In this document: one piece after another, positions 27,693 through 34,663 of the stretch
Numbering within the stretch: the stretch's first letter is position 1
Layout of the letters: the number at the start of each line of letters is the position of its first letter
From: Candidatus Eiseniibacteriota bacterium
Lineage (GTDB): Bacteria > Orphanbacterota > Orphanbacteria > Orphanbacterales > Orphanbacteraceae
Assembly (NCBI GenBank): GCA_043809585.1
Contig: JBDROZ010000069.1
Location: 62,001-96,663, forward strand
Direction of reading: 5' to 3'
DNA: 34,663 bases
Program-made: the position numbers and the translations under genes
Notes under the pieces: generated by a model
Told to the model about the DNA's origin: nothing
Database searches by the model: none
What the model saw: the letters and a program-made list of their open reading frames with translations, nothing else

Positions 27693-28805
27693 TCAAGACT
27701 CCATGAGCCGCGCGGGGAGGGCCTTGGCCATCCTCTCCGCCGCCCGGTCGAAGCGCCGGGGCAACGAGTGCGTATGTACGACACCGAAGAGCCCCAGCGG
27801 GTTTTCCCTGTCGATGAATTCGGAGGCGCCGTACAACACGGTCCCCGTCCGGCTGTCCACAACGGTCAGCTCCAAGAAAAGTGGTTCCTCCGCGCTCCGG
27901 GCGGGCGTGAGAAAGACGTCTTCCTGAAGGAAGGCGGGCAGGTTGCCCCCCACCGGAGTCTTGTACGAAAGGAGGGTGGACATGAGGATCGGCGCTTCGC
28001 CGAAGCGCTCGACGAGGGCCGCCCGCGCCTTCTCCCCGACCACCCCGGGCGGATACCCGCGGTCCTGCAGATCCCGCACCACGAGGGCCGGGTCCGTCAA
28101 AATCCAGCGGCCGTCCCGCACGAGGGCGCCCAAGATCGAATAGGTCGCGAGGTCGGTCTGGACAGGCTCGACCCCGACCGGTTGGACGGGAAGGAATATC
28201 AGTTCACGGGCGCTCTCGGACACCGGCGTCACCCGGAACCGTTCCACGACGGACGCGGCGACGCGGTCGAGCAACTCGCTCCACTCCACGGCCGTCCCTT
28301 CACCCGCTTCGAGAGCGGGGGCGATGAAAAGCTCCTCGACCTGGTCGATCCAGAAGATCCGCCCCGTCCGGGCGTCAAGGGCCCGGCCGTGGAGGATCAC
28401 CCGGTCGGTGTACACCGAGAGGTCGAGCACCATCAGCCGCTCCGCCCCGAGCCGGGCCGAGGTCTCGAAGAGAAACTCGTAGCCGAAGCTCCCCCCGGTC
28501 CTCACGCGCCATGCCTGGAGAAGAGGTTCCATGAGGGGATAGGGGATCACCTCGTCCCCCCGGGCCTCGAGCTTCTCCGTCACCGCCCTGTAGGCCGCGA
28601 TGCGGACGAGAGAGGGGTTGATGGGGGGGAGGAACCTGCTCCTATAAGAGACGAAGACCATCAGGGCCGTGCGCTGCGGCGCGGGGGCGACCGCCGGCGG
28701 GTGATGGTCCTTCGCCGAGGCCCGCGCCGAAAGAAACGCGGTGGGAGAGAAGAGGGCCGCCCCGAGGAGGCCTGTCGCGAGAATGAGCGCCCGTTGTTTC
28801 ATCAT
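27693..28805 (-). CDS. Exported protein with two CsgG/TolB-N-like alpha/beta domains (OscG-like by context)
   Basis: Signal peptide and two similar halves (GRALDARTGRIFW; LTVVDSRTGTVLY). Tightly packed in the operon. Confidence 0.65.
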   Translation of the reverse strand: MMKQRALILATGLLGAALFSPTAFLSARASAKDHHPPAVAPAPQRTALMVFVSYRSRFLPPINPSLVRIAAYRAVTEKLEARGDEVIPYPLMEPLLQAWRVRTGGSFGYEFLFETSARLGAERLMVLDLSVYTDRVILHGRALDARTGRIFWIDQVEELFIAPALEAGEGTAVEWSELLDRVAASVVERFRVTPVSESARELIFLPVQPVGVEPVQTDLATYSILGALVRDGRWILTDPALVVRDLQDRGYPPGVVGEKARAALVERFGEAPILMSTLLSYKTPVGGNLPAFLQEDVFLTPARSAEEPLFLELTVVDSRTGTVLYGASEFIDRENPLGLFGVVHTHSLPRRFDRAAERMAKALPARLMES

Positions 28806-28809
28806 CCGC

Positions 28810-29391
28810 CTACAGGAGGGTGCCGAGCGCCTCCCGCACCGATTTCCGGGAAACCTCGTGGAGGCTCGCCGAGGAGCCGCCGAACAACCTCTTCCACGTG
28901 GACATACCGGTCACGTTGACCTGGGATTGCCAGACAGCCGTTCCCGTCTCGGTCTCGGCGAGGCCGAACAGGGCGGTCACCTCGTTCCCCCGGTCTCGGC
29001 TCGACCGGTCCATGCCGTATTCCTCCACGGTGCCGAAGAAGAGGGCGTCGACGCCGAGGCGTTGTCCGAGACTCACAAGCTGCGCGGGGGAGAGGTCCGA
29101 GTCGGCCATGAGACGAAGTTCCAGCATCGCCGCCAGCACCTCGCCCGTCCCCACCAACTCGAGGCTTCCTTCCTCGAGGATCTCCATCATGAAGATGGAA
29201 TGGATCCGTTCGTCCGCGTACTCGTCAGGAGAGAGATTCTGGAAGGGGAGGATCGCGACCCGCCGGATGAACCCGAAATCGACTCCCGGATGGACGAAGC
29301 CCGACTTCCGGGACGAGGCGCACCCGCCGCCGAGGGCCCCCGCGATCAACAGGATCGCGGTCAATCGGTATCCGGTTCGCCAAGCTCTCAT
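28810..29391 (-). CDS. Lipoprotein, CsgG/GNA1162-like fold (OscF-like by context)
   Basis: Lipobox-like LGGGC. RVAILPFQNLS, LGQRLGVDALFFGTVEEY and LAETETGTAVW. Confidence 0.8.
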   Translation of the reverse strand: MRAWRTGYRLTAILLIAGALGGGCASSRKSGFVHPGVDFGFIRRVAILPFQNLSPDEYADERIHSIFMMEILEEGSLELVGTGEVLAAMLELRLMADSDLSPAQLVSLGQRLGVDALFFGTVEEYGMDRSSRDRGNEVTALFGLAETETGTAVWQSQVNVTGMSTWKRLFGGSSASLHEVSRKSVREALGTLL

Positions 29392-29449
29392 GTGGTTCGT
29401 CCTTTCCCGGCGCGGGGCCGCCTGCCCCCTATACTACACAAGACGACGC

Positions 29450-31699
29450 TCAAAAGGTCAAGGCGACCCGAAAGCCGCCCGTGATCGGGCTGCTCTTTTC
29501 CTCGCCCCGCCGGTATTGCTGGAACTGGAGATCCCCCTCCGTCCGGAGCCGGGGATAGACTTTCCACAGCATCGTGGCCCCGGCGCCCCGCTGGTCGCTG
29601 TCATTCCGGGTGTCCCGAAAATGACTGAGCGTGAGACGGGGCTCCAGGTCCCCGCCGGGGAAGGGGCTCCAGGAGAGGAGGTTTTGGGTGATCCAGTTCG
29701 AATCGCCCCGCACTTGGTATCTCGCTTCGCTCCGGTAATTGAGCTGCGGGAAGGGGATCCACGCGAGAGTGATCGAGGTGTCGTTGAAGCGGGTGAAGCC
29801 CGTGCCCGCTTCCAGATCGACCCATCGATCGGTCCGGCGCAGGTCGATGTTGACCGTCGCCACCGGGCGGGCCCGGACGTTCGTCGCCAAACTGTACGAA
29901 CTCGACAGGAGACCCTCGTCGAAGTCGTCGAGCCGGCCGTGGGTGACTTTCTGGTCGAAGCGGAGGGCCGGCGCGATCTGCCAATTGAACCCGAGAGAGT
30001 AGTTGTCGGTCGCCTTGTCGAGGTTCCCGCTCCGGTCGCGGGACCGGGACCACGCGAAAGTGCCGGAGACCGGGCCGCTCCTCCCGGCGCGCAGGGAGAC
30101 GCCCATATTCTCCGTGTCCGTACCCTTGCGGGTCGGGCTCGAGAGGGAGTGGGTCTCGTACCGGCCGCTGACGAGAAGACGCCCGACGTCCCATTGGGAC
30201 GAGAATCCGTGACTCCGCTCGACCAGGTCCTGGTTGGTCTCGGAAAAGACCCGCTCCCGGTACAGGCCGTCGTACCGCACCCGGAAATAATCGGTCACCG
30301 CGTATCCGACGCTCCCATCGATCCGGTGCGTGGCGTTGTCTTCCGTCCGTACATTCCCGGAGTCCTCGTCCTTCGAGAAGACCTCCAGCTCCGTGATGAA
30401 AAGCTCCGGCTCCGTCTCGCCGATCTTCACGTCCACGATCTTCAAGAACCGGGCGGTGATCCCGGCGGGGAAAACAAACTCCCACCCCTGGAAGCCCGTG
30501 CCCAGCTCCCGGTACCGTATGGTGAAATCCGCGGGCGAGACCTCCTCGAATTGGCTCCGCTCGGGATCGTTGCTGACGAAGATCCGCCACCGATAGAGGT
30601 CGGGGGTGAGCAGAATCCGGTCCACGTAGAGGAAGACCGAGTCCATCCGCGTCTCGTCGCCGAAGTCATAGAGCAGGTTCCGGTAATCGCCGCCGAACTC
30701 GCGCACCATCGAGGCGTCGTCCCCCAGATCGATCTCGGTCGGGGTCGACCGATCCCGGTCGTAGAGGCCGGAGACCTGCGTCGGCCCGTCCTCCAAGGGA
30801 TCGATCGCCTCCGGGGTGTCGTCGAGAAGATAGCCGCCGGAGAGGGGTGTCACGTAAAGGCCCTGGCTCCCGTCCGCGGGCGACTCCACTTTCTGGTCGA
30901 AGTAGCGGGAGTTGGCGCGGACTTGGATATCGCCCCGGTCTTCGCGAAAGCGGCCGCTCCCACGATACTCGAAGGTGTGGGACTGATGGGTCGTGAGGAC
31001 CTCCCGGTCGACGGCGTCGTTCCGGAGACGGGAGTACGCGTATTTGAACCGGCCGACGCGCCGGATCCCTTGCTCCGCTCCGAGGGACAAGGCGGACTCC
31101 CGGACCTCCTCCCGTCCGATGCCCGTGACGTCCCGGCGAGAGTCGTTTCTTTGCCACCGGGCGTCGAGATTCGTTCCCCTCTCGGAGCGGAGATTGACCC
31201 AACCGCCGTACTCGAGCCTTTCGAGTACCGGCGCCTCGGAGTCCGCCGTGAATTCCCGCCGGTAACCGCTCCCCTGAAGCCCCAGGCGAAAGTAGTGGGA
31301 GCTGTAGTCCAGGTTCGCCCCCGGCTGAAGGGTGACGGCCTCGAAGTCGCTCGACGTTCCCTGAATGCGGCTGTCGCTGAACTCCCGGAGCACCCGGAAC
31401 CGTGTGGCGAGGGTGAACCGGGACCTGACCCCGATGGGCTGGCGGAGTAGGATCTCCTCACGCCGCGTGTGGGCGCTGAACTCTTCGCCGCCCGCGCGCC
31501 CTTCCTGGTAGGTGTTCCTGAGGTCCAGCCGGCCGTCGAGGGCGAAGGAAAGGGAAGGGGCGAAGAGAAGGCACGCCAAGGGGATGAAGAGGAGCGGACC
31601 GATCGGACAAGGGGCGGCGATGCCCGTCCGGCGAGGACCGACGGTCGCGGAAGCGGCGCGGATGCGGACCTTTTCAGGCGCTTCGGGCGCAGGCGTCAA
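29450..31699 (-). CDS. Outer-membrane beta-barrel protein with inserted discoidin/F5-8-like domain (OscE-like by context)
   Basis: Start uncertain; TTG 31699 follows AGGAG in frame with ORF 29450-31870. Signal ends SLSFA-LDG. Many amphipathic Y/W/F-alternating strands and a terminal-Phe beta-signal GGFRVALTF. Confidence 0.75.
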   Translation of the reverse strand: MTPAPEAPEKVRIRAASATVGPRRTGIAAPCPIGPLLFIPLACLLFAPSLSFALDGRLDLRNTYQEGRAGGEEFSAHTRREEILLRQPIGVRSRFTLATRFRVLREFSDSRIQGTSSDFEAVTLQPGANLDYSSHYFRLGLQGSGYRREFTADSEAPVLERLEYGGWVNLRSERGTNLDARWQRNDSRRDVTGIGREEVRESALSLGAEQGIRRVGRFKYAYSRLRNDAVDREVLTTHQSHTFEYRGSGRFREDRGDIQVRANSRYFDQKVESPADGSQGLYVTPLSGGYLLDDTPEAIDPLEDGPTQVSGLYDRDRSTPTEIDLGDDASMVREFGGDYRNLLYDFGDETRMDSVFLYVDRILLTPDLYRWRIFVSNDPERSQFEEVSPADFTIRYRELGTGFQGWEFVFPAGITARFLKIVDVKIGETEPELFITELEVFSKDEDSGNVRTEDNATHRIDGSVGYAVTDYFRVRYDGLYRERVFSETNQDLVERSHGFSSQWDVGRLLVSGRYETHSLSSPTRKGTDTENMGVSLRAGRSGPVSGTFAWSRSRDRSGNLDKATDNYSLGFNWQIAPALRFDQKVTHGRLDDFDEGLLSSSYSLATNVRARPVATVNIDLRRTDRWVDLEAGTGFTRFNDTSITLAWIPFPQLNYRSEARYQVRGDSNWITQNLLSWSPFPGGDLEPRLTLSHFRDTRNDSDQRGAGATMLWKVYPRLRTEGDLQFQQYRRGEEKSSPITGGFRVALTF

Positions 31700-31880
31700 T
31701 AGCCAAAGCTCCTGCCGGCGGGGAACCTCATCTCGTGGGGTCGAACGAAAGCCATCGTAGCACACGCCTCTGAAACTGTGAACCGGGGAAACTTTTTTCC
31801 CGGGGGCCATGGTCCCCGGGTTCTCCGCCGGCGGGGGGGAGAGGAGGGTCCGGGGGCTTTTCTGTGACATCGCAACTCTT

Positions 31881-31901
31881 TTGTTGACATTTTCTTAACA
31901 A
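31881..31901. promoter_or_regulatory. Imperfect palindrome in the divergent promoter region
   Basis: TTGTTGA-CATTTTC-TTAACAA in an AT-rich patch between the barrel operon and the protease gene. Confidence 0.35.
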
Positions 31902-32036
31902 TCTGCGACAATTTCGATGTCGACTGACCGATTGGCAAATCTCCCCCAATTCGCGGCCTCCGACGGATCGGCTCCTCGCCGATTGGCGGCCTGATCGCCG
32001 AAAGGCGCACGAACATCCCGAAATGGAGACGGAAAT

Positions 32037-33731
32037 ATGAGATCCATGGGTGACCTCTTCCGACGAGGCTTGGGGTTTCTTTGCCTCGTTCTGGTTGTTT
32101 CCTTCGCCGCCCGGTCCGCCGGTGCGAACGAGACTTCACCCCCCGTCAGCATGATGGGAGAGGGCCGGCCCCTGGATACGGTCGCGGAGATCGTGATGCC
32201 GCCGGTCGACGCGGCGGCCCTCTTGGCCGAAGACGAGGAGCGCTTGGGTGACCAACTCGACGCGCCCAACCGCTTCGCCTTCGCCCATCGGGTGGATCTT
32301 CGTCCGTCCGACGAGGGAACCTGGGAGGTCCTGGGCGACGGCTCCCGCCTTTGGCGTCTCCGGATCCGCTCCGACGGCGCCTTCTCGCTGAACGTCGGCT
32401 TCACGACATTCCGCCTGCCCGAGGGGGCGACGTTCCACTTTTTCGCGCCCGACGGCTCCACGGTGTGGGGCCCGTACACGGCGGAGAATGCGGTCGAGGG
32501 GGAATTCTGGTCGCCGATTCTCCGCGGCGACGAGGCGGTGCTCGAGCTCTTCGTCCCCGCGAACGCGTCGTTCGAGGCGGAGCTCTTTCTCGCGTCGGTC
32601 AACCACGACTACCGCGGCTTTGCGAAGACGGCGGCCCAGAAGCTGATGCAGGGCTACTGCAACAACGACGTGATCTGCCCCGTGGGCGATCCGTGGCGGG
32701 ACGACATCCGCTCCGAGGGCGTCTACACGGTGTCCGGCAGCTGGTACTGTTCGGGGCAGATGCTGAACACCGCTATCGCCGAAAATCCGCCCCCGTACTT
32801 CCTGACCGCCTATCACTGCGGGGTCACGACTTCCAACGATCAGACCGTGCGCATCTACTGGAATTTCGAATCGCCGACCTGCGGCCAGCTCTGCTGCGGC
32901 AGCCTCGCGCAGAACCAATACGGGACGATCTTCCGCTCCCGGTACAGCACCTCCGACTTCTGCCTCCTCCAGTGCTCCGCCGACCCCCCCGAGGCGTTCA
33001 ACGTCTATTACGCCGGTTGGGACGCCACCGGCCAGTCGGTGAGCTCGGCCGTCGGCATCCATCACCCGAACTGCGACGAGAAGGCGATCAGCTTCCAATA
33101 CGACCCGCTCACCGTGACCTCTTACCTCAGCAATTCGGTGCCGGGTAACGGCTCGCACTGGCGCGTCGACGACTGGGAGGACGGCACCACCGAGCCCGGC
33201 TCTTCCGGTTCGGGACTCTGGGACAACCGCCATCGCCTGGTCGGCCAGCTCCACGGCGGCTACGCCTCGTGCAGCTCGATCACTTCCGACTGGTACGGCC
33301 GGTTCTCGGTCTCCTGGAACGGCGGCGGTACGATGACCACCCGCCTGGTAGATTGGCTCGATCCGACGAGCTCGGGCGTGCTCTACATCGACGGCCGCGA
33401 CCCGGGCGACATCGACACGGACGTCGAGAGCGGCCGGCCGGTGAATCAGGACCGGGGCCTCCTCTTCTCGATCAACCCGAACCCGGTGCGCGGCTCGTCG
33501 CATATCTTCTTCGAGCTGAAGAAGCCGGGCCGGGTGGAGCTCGAGGTCTTCAATGCGTCGGGGCGGTTGGTCTCGAAAGTGCCGGCGAAGACCTATCCGG
33601 CGGGCACGACGAACGTCACCTGGGACGGCACCTCGCCCGGCGCCGGCGCCCTCCCCGACGGCATCTACTTCGTCCGCATGCTCGTGGACGACCAGACCGC
33701 CGGGACTCAGAAGTTCGTGATGATCCGGTAA
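32037..33731 (+). CDS. Lysyl endopeptidase-like (Achromobacter protease I, S1 family) pre-pro-protease with FlgD-Ig CTD
   Basis: Signal peptide and pro-domain WRLRIRSDGAFSLN. Catalytic motifs CSGQMLN, LTAYHC, SDFCLL, TEPGSSGSG and GQLHGG...SDWYGRF. C-terminus: NPNPV...WDG...GIYFVRM. Confidence 0.9.
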   Translation: MRSMGDLFRRGLGFLCLVLVVSFAARSAGANETSPPVSMMGEGRPLDTVAEIVMPPVDAAALLAEDEERLGDQLDAPNRFAFAHRVDLRPSDEGTWEVLGDGSRLWRLRIRSDGAFSLNVGFTTFRLPEGATFHFFAPDGSTVWGPYTAENAVEGEFWSPILRGDEAVLELFVPANASFEAELFLASVNHDYRGFAKTAAQKLMQGYCNNDVICPVGDPWRDDIRSEGVYTVSGSWYCSGQMLNTAIAENPPPYFLTAYHCGVTTSNDQTVRIYWNFESPTCGQLCCGSLAQNQYGTIFRSRYSTSDFCLLQCSADPPEAFNVYYAGWDATGQSVSSAVGIHHPNCDEKAISFQYDPLTVTSYLSNSVPGNGSHWRVDDWEDGTTEPGSSGSGLWDNRHRLVGQLHGGYASCSSITSDWYGRFSVSWNGGGTMTTRLVDWLDPTSSGVLYIDGRDPGDIDTDVESGRPVNQDRGLLFSINPNPVRGSSHIFFELKKPGRVELEVFNASGRLVSKVPAKTYPAGTTNVTWDGTSPGAGALPDGIYFVRMLVDDQTAGTQKFVMIR

Positions 33732-33767
33732 CGATAATAATTCCGAATCCCCTCCCGTTCTACCGAA

Positions 33768-33793
33768 GGCCCGGGGGCCCCCACCCCCGGGCC
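33768..33793 (+). terminator. GC hairpin after the protease gene
   Basis: GGCCCGGGGG/CCCCCGGGCC 10-bp stem with a weak U tract. Confidence 0.4.
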
Positions 33794-33881
33794 GCCTTGT
33801 ATCCGGGTGTGAAATCCGGCGTTCGAAGTGCTATGTTTTCCCGTGAGAATTCGCGAACCCCCACTCACCAAGGAGGAACCC

Positions 33882-34091
33882 ATGAAAGTCGGCGCGAGAA
33901 ACCAGCTGATCGGCGAGGTCACGGACATTCAGAAGGGCATGATCATGGCGAAGGCGAAGATCAAGATTCCCGCGGCGTCGACCATGTCCTCGGTCTTCAC
34001 GATCGAGTCGTTGGACGAACTCGATCTGAAGCTGGGCGACAAGGTGACGCTCTACGTGAAGGCGATCCACGTGCTGGTGGTGAAGGAGTAA
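33882..34091 (+). CDS. mop: Mop/molbindin-type single TOBE-domain protein (69 aa)
   Basis: AAGGAGG RBS. MKVGARNQLIGEV...SVFTIESLDELDLKLGDKVTLYVKAIHV. Upstream promoter-like GTGAAA-N17-TATGTT. Confidence 0.88.
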   Translation: MKVGARNQLIGEVTDIQKGMIMAKAKIKIPAASTMSSVFTIESLDELDLKLGDKVTLYVKAIHVLVVKE

Positions 34092-34148
34092 GGGGACGGA
34101 TTACTCAGGACGAACGGGGGGGGAATCGGCGGGGCGGGGGGATCGGAG

Positions 34149-34450
34149 CAATTTCGGGGGACACGAAACAAGTTCACAATTCCGGGGGACACAATTCCGG
34201 GGACACGAAACAAGTTCATGTCCCCCGGATACCCCCCCGAATACCCTCGTCGTGCGGCGGGAGACAATCCTCCCACTCTCCGACAATTTCGGGGGACACG
34301 AAACAAGTTCATGTCCCCCGAATACCCCCCCGAATACCCTCGTCGTGCGGCGAGAGATAACCCTCCCATTCTCCGGCAATTTCGGGGGACACGAAACGAG
34401 TTCACAATTCCGGGGGACACGAAACAAGTTCATGTCCCCCGGATACCTCC
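34149..34450. repeat. REP/BIME-like palindromic repeat array
   Basis: Five copies of GGGGACACGAAAC(A/G)AGTTCA at about 34157, 34199, 34292, 34385 and 34413. Three are completed to a GGGGACA...TGTCCCC hairpin. 93-bp periodicity with near-identical linkers. Confidence 0.8.
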
Positions 34451-34526
34451 CCGGTACTGCCCCGGCCCTCTCGATGCCGATCCCCCGTCCCGCCGGCTTT
34501 CATTCGGTTTCCGCCACCCGGAACCC

Positions 34527-34663
34527 CTAGCCTGGATTATGCACAAATCTCCTACTGCGATCTCGGATCGCCGCCTGCGAAGCCTCCTTTCCGTCGCCGC
34601 CTCCTCGACGTAGTGCATGACTACGCCTCCGGTGGCGGCTCGTCCAAGTCGGCTTCTCGTCAG
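34527..34663 (-). mobile_element. Possible right end of an IS1380-like element or transposase C-terminus (truncated by window)
   Basis: A minus frame is open from the window end to ...RRFVHNPG-TAG. On the + strand, CTAG followed by CCTGGATTATGCACAAA resembles IS1380-type termini as recalled. Confidence 0.3.

Noticed and set aside
28820-31450. Long antisense ORFs (876 aa here; also 24148-26133, 25625-27706, 11960-13750, 6880-8418, 9751-11337, 20269-21591)
   Set aside because: Shadow ORFs of high-GC genes on the opposite strand with no recognisable motifs.
20404-31699. MtrCAB-type porin-cytochrome conduit
   Set aside because: No decaheme MtrA/MtrC pattern; the gene content matches an OmcS/osc-type locus better. 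Heme maturation and quinol-oxidising partners are not in this window.
31700-31870. N-terminal extension of the barrel ORF up to 31870
   Set aside because: It would put the signal peptide ~90 aa from the start, and the region is hairpin-rich and looks like 5' UTR. The exact start remains uncertain.
34149-34450. CRISPR array
   Set aside because: The linkers between repeats are near-identical rather than unique spacers, spacing is irregular, and no cas genes are in view.

Overview
High-GC bacterial window. The repeated FlgD-Ig C-terminal domains and a SWxxVKxxFR tail suggest an FCB-adjacent candidate lineage such as Eisenbacteria, Krumholzibacteriota or Latescibacterota; this is inference. From left to right it holds: (1) a truncated Ser/Thr kinase-TPR gene with its kinase-coupled ECF sigma factor; (2) four secreted proteins: a 7-blade beta-propeller+FlgD, a beta-helix protein, a ~1766-aa propeller/11xFn3/dockerin-like/FlgD protein, and an NxxGxxAF-repeat+FlgD protein; (3) a heavy-metal RND operon with a Cys/His-rich leader ORF, TolC, MFP, CusA/CzcA and a PII-like protein; (4) the main find, a minus-strand extracellular-electron-transfer locus at 20404-31699; (5) a lysyl-endopeptidase-like protease+FlgD, a Mop/TOBE protein, a REP-like palindromic array and a possible IS end. 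The electron-transfer locus encodes an outer-membrane beta-barrel, two CsgG-like proteins, a PPIase chaperone, a ~42-heme cytochrome c, an NHL beta-propeller and a hexaheme OmcS-like nanowire cytochrome. That cytochrome keeps the polymer-forming His16. Three genes are split by single-base homopolymer frameshifts, most likely assembly errors. All family assignments come from motif recognition by eye; no database searches were run.
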